A DNA stretch of 64,000 nucleotides, taken from Bacilli bacterium. Lineage in GTDB: Bacteria; Bacillota_I; Bacilli_A; RF39; UBA660. A program made the position numbers and the translations under genes. How positions within the stretch are numbered: the first letter of the stretch is position 1; each line of letters opens with the position of its first letter. The notes under the pieces were generated by a model that was not told where the DNA came from, made no database searches, and saw only the letters and a list, made by a program, of their open reading frames with translations. The stretch lies in contig JAFSGC010000020.1 of the NCBI GenBank assembly GCA_017434825.1, positions 42,096 through 106,095 on the forward strand, read 5' to 3'. Of this stretch, positions 36,119 to 44,784 are shown piece by piece.

Positions 36119-36955
36119 CTATAAAACTGTTAATGTAATTATTAATATAACCATTCCTACTGTAGCTATAATTGATAAAATAAATAATATATCAATATAA
36201 CCATTACCCGTAGATAATGCTGGTTTCGGATGATTATGTTCATACACCGCTTTATCTAACAAATAATTTTTATTAATTGCATTCGCATTAATATCAAAAT
36301 AATTATATACTTCTTTATTAACTTCATCAAGCTCATCTGAGTTCATCGCTTTAATATCCTCTAAAGCATAATTTAAAATTTCATAAGCTTCCAAGTTCAA
36401 GGTTTCTTTTGGTTTAGAAACCACTTTCTTTTCATTTTCTGCCATTTGTTTATCAAAATAACTGACAACTTCAAATGGATCTTTAGTCATCATAAAATTA
36501 TATGAAACAAGTAAAGTATTACTTGCATATGGACTAAATAATAAGCTACGGAAATCATTAACTTCTTGTTCAGATAATTTTAAAGTAACTTTCTTTTTGG
36601 CAAACATATCAACAAGCATTTTTTGAATTTTCAAGAAATTATGCTCAGTTTCATTTTCATAAAATCTTTGCAAAGATCTCTTAAATTCATTTAAATCTTC
36701 ATCAGAATACCCATACTTTTTCATGTTCATATTTAAAGATACTTCATTATTAAGATAAAATGGATTTAAAATATCTAACTCATCATAAATTAAAGTTAAT
36801 AATCTTATTACTACCACGAAGAAAGAATTATACTTAATTCCTTCAGGATTATCTTTACTACTTAAGTACTCATTTAATGCACATGTAAAAGCCTCATTTA
36901 CAAAAATGCTTTTTTCCATACTCTCACCTATTATTAAGTATAGCACAAATATCAC
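36119..36955 (-). CDS. hypothetical protein with C-terminal TM anchor
   Basis: 278-aa ORF. Its start overlaps the stop of the upstream YunB-like gene by 4 nt. Tail GYIDILFILSIIATVGMVILIITLTVL. Confidence 0.5.
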   Translation of the reverse strand: MIFVLYLIIGESMEKSIFVNEAFTCALNEYLSSKDNPEGIKYNSFFVVVIRLLTLIYDELDILNPFYLNNEVSLNMNMKKYGYSDEDLNEFKRSLQRFYENETEHNFLKIQKMLVDMFAKKKVTLKLSEQEVNDFRSLLFSPYASNTLLVSYNFMMTKDPFEVVSYFDKQMAENEKKVVSKPKETLNLEAYEILNYALEDIKAMNSDELDEVNKEVYNYFDINANAINKNYLLDKAVYEHNHPKPALSTGNGYIDILFILSIIATVGMVILIITLTVL

Positions 36956-37626
36956 TCAATTGGAACATCAAAAATTGAACTATTCGAAGACAAATAATTT
37001 CCATAAAACTCAGGAATTCTTCCATTGATAATTTTCGAAGAAATTAACAAATCATAAGATACACGCTTTCTTTCACTACTCACTGGAGTTATTATTCTTC
37101 CCTCAATAGTAATTTTAATATAGGCCTCTACTAAAGCATTATTAAGACCATAATTAGTTATTTTGGTATATACATTAGTTAAAATGGAATTTATATAATT
37201 CATTTTAATTGTTATTTTAGGTCCTAGATTACTTAAAAAGACACTTTTACTACCTATTAAAAATGGGATTTCATAAACTATTCCAGTACTCAAATTTGAA
37301 TTGGGATTTAAGCTACTTTTTATTTTATTAGAAACAACATTTAATAGTTCATAAGATTTATTTAAATCATAATCAACATAAAGAATTTCCCCTTCGGAAT
37401 TCTTATAAATTTCTAAAATGTCATTAATATCATTTTTACTCATCGAATTATAAACCATATCATTCAACTTAGAATATATTTCTTTTTGAAAATATTCTTC
37501 AGAAATCAAATTAACTTTACTAGCGGTATACTTACTATAAGTTTTAAACATTATCAAACTAAAAAAAAGAATCAAAAGAAGATTAATTATATAATAATAT
37601 TTTCTTTTAATTCTTTTTCTAATCAT
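36952..37626 (-). CDS. yunB: sporulation protein YunB-like
   Basis: 224 aa, N-terminal TM. Size, architecture and yut/yun-like neighbourhood fit YunB. Ends in TGA. Confidence 0.45.
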   Translation of the reverse strand: MIRKRIKRKYYYIINLLLILFFSLIMFKTYSKYTASKVNLISEEYFQKEIYSKLNDMVYNSMSKNDINDILEIYKNSEGEILYVDYDLNKSYELLNVVSNKIKSSLNPNSNLSTGIVYEIPFLIGSKSVFLSNLGPKITIKMNYINSILTNVYTKITNYGLNNALVEAYIKITIEGRIITPVSSERKRVSYDLLISSKIINGRIPEFYGNYLSSNSSIFDVPIE

Positions 37627-37642
37627 ATTAAATTATATGTTA

Positions 37643-38554
37643 TTACATAAATGATTTTACTAATATTACTAGCCCTACAACAAAGGCTACTACTAAAAGA
37701 GCAATTATAACTTTAATAAATATTCCTGAGCCTTCCTTTTCCTCAAGGTCTTTAAAGTCTTCAAAATCCGATTCTTTAAATTGAGTACTTTTAGTAAAGA
37801 ATGAATTATCTAATGATGTCGTTTTTTCTATTTTTTCAATTAATCTCTCTGTTTTTTCTTGAAGCCCCTCTAAAATAGCTGTATTTTCATCACCTTTTAA
37901 GTCTTCAAAAATATCAAGAGGATCAGTATTATCATCTTTTTCTTTTACTTCGTTAATCATTTTTTCTTTTTCTTTTTTCATATCTTGTTCATTTAAAGCA
38001 ATTGTATTTATTAGTTCCTCTAATTTTCTAGCAGCAGTACTATCTTCACGACTAGGACTCTTAGAGTACTCCGAATCCCCATCATAGTCTTCAATAAAAT
38101 CTTCACGGTTAATATTTAAATTACTTAAAATATCAAATTGTGTATCACGAAGTTTTTTAGCTCTTGCTTCGCTATAGCTTTCAACTTTTCCTTCTTTAGC
38201 TTTATCAATGATTACATTTATATCATATTCTTTAGTTTCAAAAATTGGTTTAGGTTTCTCTTCTTGTTTTGGCTTTTCAAGTTGAATTGATCGTCTTTTC
38301 GGAACATCATTATAATGAGTATCTAAAATACTCTTAATTTTTTCAACATCAATATTACCGCCACGATTATTTCCAATTACTTTAGCATTACTTTTCACTT
38401 CAAAATTATCAAGTTCAGTCTTACTAATTTCTTTATATAATTGATTGTTACGAGCCGTTCTTGAACCTACATTTATACTATTATCATAATATTTATCAAC
38501 TCTTGAATTCATTATGACACCTCTTACTATAATCATAACATAAAAAAAAGTCAT
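37643..38554 (-). CDS. hypothetical acidic protein with C-terminal TM anchor
   Basis: 303 aa, Glu/Asp/Lys-rich. Tail GIFIKVIIALLVVAFVVGLVILV. Confidence 0.5.
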   Translation of the reverse strand: MTFFYVMIIVRGVIMNSRVDKYYDNSINVGSRTARNNQLYKEISKTELDNFEVKSNAKVIGNNRGGNIDVEKIKSILDTHYNDVPKRRSIQLEKPKQEEKPKPIFETKEYDINVIIDKAKEGKVESYSEARAKKLRDTQFDILSNLNINREDFIEDYDGDSEYSKSPSREDSTAARKLEELINTIALNEQDMKKEKEKMINEVKEKDDNTDPLDIFEDLKGDENTAILEGLQEKTERLIEKIEKTTSLDNSFFTKSTQFKESDFEDFKDLEEKEGSGIFIKVIIALLVVAFVVGLVILVKSFM

Positions 38555-38613
38555 ATTAAAGGAATTTATTGATTTTAAAAAATTTTTTTACTATAATTAG
38601 ACAAGGAGGAACT

Positions 38614-38955
38614 ATGAAAAAATTAATTGTTAAAGATGGTTGTATTGGATGTGGAGCTTGCGTTGCAATTGATAGCGAACACTTTGATTTCAATGATGAA
38701 GGCTTATCAAATGTTATTAGTAACGAAAATTTAGAAACTGACGAATTAACAAATGCAATTGCTAGTTGTCCAGTTAGTGTTATTAAACTAGTAGAAGAAG
38801 CTGAAGGAAGCTGTGGATGTCACGCAGGATGTACTTGTGGAGAAGATTGCAACTGTACTGCAGATAATAAATGCAGCGAAGATTGTACTTGCGGTGATGA
38901 ATGTCACTGTGGTGACAACTGTGAATGCAGCGAAGGATGTAACTGTCATAAATAA
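38614..38955 (+). CDS. 4Fe-4S single-cluster ferredoxin fused to a Cys-rich CxC-repeat (metallothionein-like) tail
   Basis: AAGGAGGA RBS then ATG 38614. CIGCGACVAI ... SCPVSVI ferredoxin motifs. Tail: SCGCHAGCTCGEDCNCTADNKCSEDCTCGDECHCGDNCECSEGCNCHK. Confidence 0.75.
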   Translation: MKKLIVKDGCIGCGACVAIDSEHFDFNDEGLSNVISNENLETDELTNAIASCPVSVIKLVEEAEGSCGCHAGCTCGEDCNCTADNKCSEDCTCGDECHCGDNCECSEGCNCHK

Positions 38956-38981
38956 AAAAAACTTCCAAATTTGGAAGTTTT

Positions 38982-39704
38982 TTATTTGCTATAAAGTTTT
39001 TTCACTTCTTTAATTGAAAGTTCTCGATAATCTCCAGAACCTAAATTACCAATTTCTAAAAAATCATAATTAGTTCTTGTTAGTTTATCTACTAAATAAC
39101 CTAATTCTTTAAATAAATTTTTAACGATATGATTACGTCCTTCGATAATTGTTATTGAAATATACGTAGCTTCTTTTTGTAAATCTTTTTTCTTAACTTT
39201 AAAGTCTACAATCTTAACTTTGCGACCCTCGACTACTACACCTTTTTTTAATTTTTCTATCGCATCTTTATCAATTATTCCTGCGAGTTTTGCTAAGTAT
39301 GTTTTTGGAATCTTATTACTTGGATGCATTAATTTATTAGCTAGCTCTCCATCATTTGTTAATATAATTAAACCCGTTGTATCATAGTCTAGTCTACCTA
39401 TTGGATAAATTCTTTTATCAGTTTCAATCAAATCTACAACTGTTTTTCTACCTTTTTCATCGCTAACACTACTGATAACCCCTCTTGGCTTATTAAGTAA
39501 ATAATAAACTTTATCATTATTAGTATTAAGCATTTGACCATTTATTTCAATTGTGTCAGAACCATTAACTTTGGTTCCAAGTTCTAACACGGTTTGTCCA
39601 TTAACTGATACAGAACCTTGTAAAATTAGTTCTTCAGCTTTTCTCCTTGAACAATATCCACTATTTGCTATTACTTTTTGAAGTCTTTCCATAAGCCACC
39701 TCAA
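38982..39704 (-). CDS. rluB: pseudouridine synthase, RsuA/RluB family
   Basis: S4 domain (RLQKVIANSGYCSRRKAEELI) plus catalytic GRLDYDTTGLIILTNDG. Confidence 0.85.
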   Translation of the reverse strand: MRWLMERLQKVIANSGYCSRRKAEELILQGSVSVNGQTVLELGTKVNGSDTIEINGQMLNTNNDKVYYLLNKPRGVISSVSDEKGRKTVVDLIETDKRIYPIGRLDYDTTGLIILTNDGELANKLMHPSNKIPKTYLAKLAGIIDKDAIEKLKKGVVVEGRKVKIVDFKVKKKDLQKEATYISITIIEGRNHIVKNLFKELGYLVDKLTRTNYDFLEIGNLGSGDYRELSIKEVKKLYSK

Positions 39705-39721
39705 AAGTAGTATAACATACT

Positions 39722-40231
39722 TTAAAAGAAAATGTTAGTTAATATAAACGCCATAATTATTCCAACTAAATCCGCTAAAAGTCCAACCACAAGCGTATAT
39801 CTTATCTTAGAAACTTTTATTGTACTATAGTAAAGTGCAATAACATATATCGTAGTGTCTGTACACCCCTGTAAAACCGATGCTAGTCTACCAGCAAAAC
39901 TATCCGGTCCATATAATTCAAAAATATTTGTCATAATAGTCATCGAAGCCGTCCCCGAGATTGGTCTTAAAACTGCTAACGGCAAAATTTCCGCAGGCAT
40001 ATTTATTGCTTTAGACAAAGGATTAAGAATAAAATTTAATACATTACTATCCAAAAACAAATTAACAGCAAAAACCATAGCTAAGACTGCTGGAAATATG
40101 CCATAAACAATCTTCATACCATCTTTTGCACCTAGCAGAAAAGATTCGTAAACATTAAGCCCTTTCTTATAACCATAAAAAACCACAAATAATATAAAAA
40201 TTGGGATTACAATAAATGATATATCGGTCAT
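39722..40231 (-). CDS. spmB: spore maturation protein B
   Basis: 169-aa nucleoside-recognition-type membrane protein. ATG overlaps the spmA stop (ATGA). dacB-spmA-spmB order as in B. subtilis. Confidence 0.8.
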   Translation of the reverse strand: MTDISFIVIPIFILFVVFYGYKKGLNVYESFLLGAKDGMKIVYGIFPAVLAMVFAVNLFLDSNVLNFILNPLSKAINMPAEILPLAVLRPISGTASMTIMTNIFELYGPDSFAGRLASVLQGCTDTTIYVIALYYSTIKVSKIRYTLVVGLLADLVGIIMAFILTNIFF

Positions 40232-40806
40232 TTTTTTCTTCTCCTTATTAAATAGTCAATAAGAACAGCGCTAATGCATGAACAAGTTGTGGAAATAACC
40301 GCGGGAGCTATGATTTCTGTTGGATTAACAGATCCATAAGCTAGTCTAATAGCTATAATAGTAGTCGGAAGAATTGTAACTCCTGCCGTATTTAACACTA
40401 AAAATGTTATCATTGGTGTAGATGCAGTATCTTTTTTATCATTTATTTTCTGAAGTTCTGTCATTGCTTTTAATCCAAACGGGGTTGCAGCGCTACCAAG
40501 GCCCAACATATTCGCAGCAATATTCGAGGATATATATCCTAAAGCTTTATTATCTTTCGGAACTGATGGAAATAGTCTTTTTAAAATAGGTTCTAAAAAA
40601 GACGCAAATTTAATAAGTAAACCTGCATCTTCAGCTATTTTCATAATCCCAGTCCATAAAACAATCGTCGGGAATAACGACATGATTAATTCTAAAGCTT
40701 TATTAGCATTTAATAAAACACTATTATTAATTACCTCTAAATTTCCTGTAAATAGTGCATACATAATACCGATAATAATTAGAAATGTCCATAATAGTGA
40801 AACCAT
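40228..40806 (-). CDS. spmA: spore maturation protein A
   Basis: 192-aa membrane protein (GIMKIAEDAGL, NMLGLGSAATPFGLKAM). Confidence 0.8.
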   Translation of the reverse strand: MVSLLWTFLIIIGIMYALFTGNLEVINNSVLLNANKALELIMSLFPTIVLWTGIMKIAEDAGLLIKFASFLEPILKRLFPSVPKDNKALGYISSNIAANMLGLGSAATPFGLKAMTELQKINDKKDTASTPMITFLVLNTAGVTILPTTIIAIRLAYGSVNPTEIIAPAVISTTCSCISAVLIDYLIRRRKK

Positions 40807-40848
40807 AGTAATATATATGTTCTAATAAAAAAAATAAAACCCAATGTT

Positions 40849-41226
40849 TTATTTTTCTCGAATATTAATTTCTAGTTTCCCTTCTTCATGTTTCAAATTA
40901 ACAAAATAATTACTATTTTTAATTCTTTCCTCAGGGTTATTTACTGATTTAAGAGCATAAGAGGAAATATTTCCATCATAATCTACTCTTATAGAAACTT
41001 CTACTTCACCTTCAGAAATACAAGTATCTTTGTTATCGCATAGGGTACTTGCTACATTTAATACGGTTATTTCAATATCATCCTCTTCAAACTTTATGAC
41101 ATCACCCTTTTTTATGTTAAACTCAGGCTTTGTATCATTCTGTTTGCTTATAACAACAAAGGCTAAAAAAACCGTAATAATAACTAATAAAACGATTAAT
41201 ATTATCATCCCTAATTTCTTTTTCAT
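40849..41226 (-). CDS. hypothetical membrane-anchored/secreted protein
   Basis: 125 aa with an N-terminal signal/anchor helix. Confidence 0.45.
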   Translation of the reverse strand: MKKKLGMIILIVLLVIITVFLAFVVISKQNDTKPEFNIKKGDVIKFEEDDIEITVLNVASTLCDNKDTCISEGEVEVSIRVDYDGNISSYALKSVNNPEERIKNSNYFVNLKHEEGKLEINIREK

Positions 41227-41264
41227 ATCTACCTCTATAATTCATTATACCACATTAATATCTT

Positions 41265-42338
41265 TTAAAATATTTTATCAATAAGTCTTTTCAAAAAATT
41301 TTTATTCTTATTAGCTTCAGCTTCAATATATATTGGTTCAGTATATAATAATTTATCATTTAAATAAATTGTTGCGTTACCAATTTTTTCTTTGGTTTTA
41401 TACTTTTTCTTATTTACTAAATAATATTTAATTTTCAAATTAGGAATATCAGCTTTAGTTAAAGTTAACCTAACATCATTTTCAATATAAAGATTATCAT
41501 TAACATAAACTGTATCATCAAGAATTTCAAAATCATTCTTACTAATTATCTTTATACTTTGATATTTATTTTTAACACTTTCATATAAAGCAAGATGGTC
41601 GTTCCAATCATTGCCATCATTTAAAGTAACTATAATTAAATTCATATTATCTATACTTGCTGTAGTAACTAAAGTTCTACGAGCTTTTTGGGTATAACCA
41701 GTTTTACCTCCAGTAATATAATCGTATTTTAAAAGTTTATTCTTATTTTGCCACGAATAGGTTTTCTTATCACTTTTCGCAACATAATTTTTTGTGGCAA
41801 AAATTTCTTTAAACGTTTTGTTTTGCATGGCATAAGAAGTAAGTAAAGCCATATCATAAGCTGAAGATGTATTTCCTAGTCCATTATCCTCTTCGAGTCC
41901 ATGACTATTATAAAAGTATGTATTACTCATTCCTATTTTCTTGGCATACTCATTCATCATTTGACTAAACTTTTGCATATCCCCAGCAATTGTATTTGCA
42001 ATTAGTATAGCGGCATCATTACCACTTCTTAGCATCATACCATATAACAAATCTTTTAATTTAATCTTTTCTCCAATTTCGATATAAATAGAACTTCCTA
42101 CTCCTTTTAAGATACTTTTATCAGCAGTAACATATTCATCTAAATCTCCGTTTTCTATTGCAATAATACAAGTCATTATTTTAGAAATTGATGCGATTAA
42201 ACGATCCGAATGAATATTAGATCCCATTAACACATTATTAGTATCACTATCCATTACAACATAACTCGAAGCACTAATAGCATAAACATTTTTAAATGCC
42301 ACAAAAAAACTGAATATAATTATAATTACTTTTTTCAT
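41265..42338 (-). CDS. dacB: D-alanyl-D-alanine carboxypeptidase (sporulation-type, DacB-like)
   Basis: SISKIMT (SxxK), SGN, KTGYT motifs. The start is probably MKKVIIII (ATG 42336-42338), not the upstream ATG of the tracked ORF. Confidence 0.85.
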   Translation of the reverse strand: MKKVIIIIFSFFVAFKNVYAISASSYVVMDSDTNNVLMGSNIHSDRLIASISKIMTCIIAIENGDLDEYVTADKSILKGVGSSIYIEIGEKIKLKDLLYGMMLRSGNDAAILIANTIAGDMQKFSQMMNEYAKKIGMSNTYFYNSHGLEEDNGLGNTSSAYDMALLTSYAMQNKTFKEIFATKNYVAKSDKKTYSWQNKNKLLKYDYITGGKTGYTQKARRTLVTTASIDNMNLIIVTLNDGNDWNDHLALYESVKNKYQSIKIISKNDFEILDDTVYVNDNLYIENDVRLTLTKADIPNLKIKYYLVNKKKYKTKEKIGNATIYLNDKLLYTEPIYIEAEANKNKNFLKRLIDKIF

Positions 42339-42374
42339 AGTATAAATATATTCAGTTATCATTTACTTATTATC
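42302..42374. repeat. 73-bp direct repeat, copy 1 (contains the dacB start codon and an internal 11-bp inverted repeat)
   Basis: Identical to 43622-43694 except at 2 positions (42336 c vs a; 42360 c vs a), at an offset of exactly 1320 bp. Confidence 0.95.
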
Positions 42375-42377
42375 TAT

Positions 42378-42494
42378 TTATTCTTCATCATCTGAAGTAT
42401 CTAACATATCTAACAAACCATCAATAATTAGCTCTTGATCCTCAACCTGTTGTTTCAACACTTCAATTTGTTTTTTTAATTCTTCTCTATCCAT
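42378..42494 (-). CDS. possible 38-aa coiled-coil/acidic micro-ORF coupled to the upstream gene
   Basis: ATG overlaps the stop of the 366-aa ORF (AATGGATAG). Encodes MDREELKKQIEVLKQQVEDQELIIDGLLDMLDTSDDEE. Confidence 0.3.
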   Translation of the reverse strand: MDREELKKQIEVLKQQVEDQELIIDGLLDMLDTSDDEE

Positions 42495-43587
42495 TTATCT
42501 CATTTCCTTTTGACTGAGCTATTTGTTTATTTTGAATGACAACTAACAATTGATTAATTTGGTCATCTAGCCTTTGGCGCTCTACTAATAATCTCGAATA
42601 TTCAGCCATCAAGTCATTTATATCATCATCCGAAGAAGGCGTATCTACTTCAATATTTTCATTACTAGAGGCCATAGAAATATTTTTCGGATGACCATCA
42701 TGATATTCTATAATTATTTGTGCTTTAGTAAAAATATCATAGATTGTATTATCTCCGACACCTCGCATTTTTAAAAATCCAAAATCTTTTTTTCTTATTA
42801 AAGCCCAAAATTGATTTGATGAATAATTAGAATCTAAATTAGCTCCAATACGAGAATCTATTCCTAGTTTCACAAAAATGCTTTCTATACTTAAGTCGTC
42901 ATTCTCATCAATTAATGGATCCTCACCTAAAAATTTGCACCGTAATAATCGAACAGCTGCCTCAACTTCTCTATAATATATTTTTTTATCCATAAAATGG
43001 ACCATAAACGTAGGATTATTTACGTTAATAAGTAAATCACCCACTGTATTTATATTCAAAGTTTGTAAGCGTTTTAATAAAGCGGCTGAAAATAACGAAG
43101 TAAACTCCGTTAACTGCATTGCGGCAACTTCTTGCCCTAATAATTGTTTTTCATCGAATTGCTCCAGCGATTCATCTGGTTGAAATGATAAGTCATCCGA
43201 CTGAAGACTATTGTGGGCATTTAAACACATTTCAACATAATTTAAATCTACAGCACTTATATATCCGCCATATAGTCTAATATCTGCAAGAAAATCCTGT
43301 GTTAAAATTTCTAAGGGAACTTGTTTTATAAATTTAGCCTTATAAATAACCGCAGACAAACACATATCATAACTTTTATATTTTAACGGAATGTACTTAA
43401 ATGATAATTTAAAATTATTAAAAGCAAATTCACACATATCTTTAGTTATTTTATTTTCAGGAATATACAAAAGAGCCTTTTCGCTTTTTGATAGCGCATA
43501 ATAAATTAATTCATCAGTCAACTCCGCTTCGGGAATTTTTCTCATATTTTCAATATTTATATCAATTAACAATTTTAAATCTTCCAT
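42487..43587 (-). CDS. hypothetical protein (DUF4116-like N-terminal repeats, helix-hairpin-helix-like middle, coiled-coil C-terminus)
   Basis: 366 aa. Repeated ...IP(E/L)...T.DMC..A pattern, LQTLNINTVGDLL HhH-like segment. Lies inside the repeat-flanked 1.32-kb segment. Confidence 0.5.
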   Translation of the reverse strand: MEDLKLLIDINIENMRKIPEAELTDELIYYALSKSEKALLYIPENKITKDMCEFAFNNFKLSFKYIPLKYKSYDMCLSAVIYKAKFIKQVPLEILTQDFLADIRLYGGYISAVDLNYVEMCLNAHNSLQSDDLSFQPDESLEQFDEKQLLGQEVAAMQLTEFTSLFSAALLKRLQTLNINTVGDLLINVNNPTFMVHFMDKKIYYREVEAAVRLLRCKFLGEDPLIDENDDLSIESIFVKLGIDSRIGANLDSNYSSNQFWALIRKKDFGFLKMRGVGDNTIYDIFTKAQIIIEYHDGHPKNISMASSNENIEVDTPSSDDDINDLMAEYSRLLVERQRLDDQINQLLVVIQNKQIAQSKGNEING

Positions 43588-43621
43588 AATTCAATTATCT
43601 CCATATACATCATTATAACAT

Positions 43622-43694
43622 AAAAAAAACTGAATATAATTATAATTACTTTTTTAATAGTATAAATATATTCAGTTATAATTTACTTATTATC
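43622..43694. repeat. 73-bp direct repeat, copy 2 (dacB-start remnant with ATG changed to ATT)
   Basis: See copy 1. Overlaps the last 5 nt (stop codon region) of the CPBP protease gene. Confidence 0.95.
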
Positions 43695-44778
43695 CTAAAA
43701 GCATCATTACGCAGGCTAAGCTATTATGGAAAAAGTGAGCCATCATTGATGTTGTAATATTATTAGTTTTAGCATATAAATATGCAAAGAACGAACCTAA
43801 TATAGCATATGGTAATGATAATAATAGCATATCAAATACAGTAGCTTCCGCTAAGGTATGTAATAAACCAAAGCTAATTCCTGATATTAGAATAAATAAT
43901 TTATCATTTTTAATAAATCTTCTAAGTGCACCTCTAAATAAGATTTCTTCTACAAATGGTGCATATAAAACACTCATAGGAACGATATATAACATCGGTA
44001 AACTCTCAGCTACTTGTTGATTTACTGAGGTAGCATCATCACCTTTAATTAAAGTTACAACTACTCCTACTAAAATATAAACAAAGAACATCGCAACTTG
44101 TTTATTTACAACAAAATTCAAATATTTTTTGATGTTTTTCATTAAATTTTTAAATGCTTCAGTTACTTCTTTACGGAAAAGTACGTAATAAATTACCATT
44201 AAAGAAACATCTAAAATTATTGATAACGGTATATAAGAAAGCGGCAACAATGCAATAACTTCAGGAAGAAATATATAAATGATGATTGCAAGAATTCCCA
44301 ATTGGATATCATTCTTACCAAACGTAATCCGCTTCATCTTAGGATTCTCATCAATATTTGCTTCCTCATTTTCTTCTTTCTTTAGATTATCTTCTTTATC
44401 TTTTTTATTTCCCCAGACACAAACTAAAATATTAATAATAGTTAATATACTTAAAATACTGCTTTCCGTGGTCAGTAATGTGATAATTGAAAGTGTCAAA
44501 ATTAATCCATTACTATATTTATCTTTTTTCCTAAATAAGTTCCATAAAATAGCAATACCAAAAATAATAGATAAAGTTGATATAACCGTAATCAACATCT
44601 CTCCATCTGTTTCATACATTTTAATGCTTTCTACCCACATCTCCTCATTGCCATCCACTTGTAAATCTTTATAACTTTGAATTACATGTTGAACAACCTT
44701 ACTTTTATATATAATCATTAAAATAGAAATAATTATTTGAATAAAAGATGAAATGATAAAATATATTCTTTTTTGCAT
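43690..44778 (-). CDS. CPBP-family intramembrane glutamic endopeptidase (CAAX protease-like)
   Basis: EEILFRG, FGLLH and HFFHN motifs in a multi-TM protein. Confidence 0.8.
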   Translation of the reverse strand: MQKRIYFIISSFIQIIISILMIIYKSKVVQHVIQSYKDLQVDGNEEMWVESIKMYETDGEMLITVISTLSIIFGIAILWNLFRKKDKYSNGLILTLSIITLLTTESSILSILTIINILVCVWGNKKDKEDNLKKEENEEANIDENPKMKRITFGKNDIQLGILAIIIYIFLPEVIALLPLSYIPLSIILDVSLMVIYYVLFRKEVTEAFKNLMKNIKKYLNFVVNKQVAMFFVYILVGVVVTLIKGDDATSVNQQVAESLPMLYIVPMSVLYAPFVEEILFRGALRRFIKNDKLFILISGISFGLLHTLAEATVFDMLLLSLPYAILGSFFAYLYAKTNNITTSMMAHFFHNSLACVMMLLG

Positions 44779-44784
44779 ATTCGC

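Noticed and set aside
38783-39013. ORFs 38783-38968 (-) and 38813-39013 (+) over the ferredoxin tail.
   Set aside because: They are alternative frames of the periodic TGY-NNN-TGY repeat. The ferredoxin frame has an RBS, recognisable motifs and continuity with the rest of the gene.
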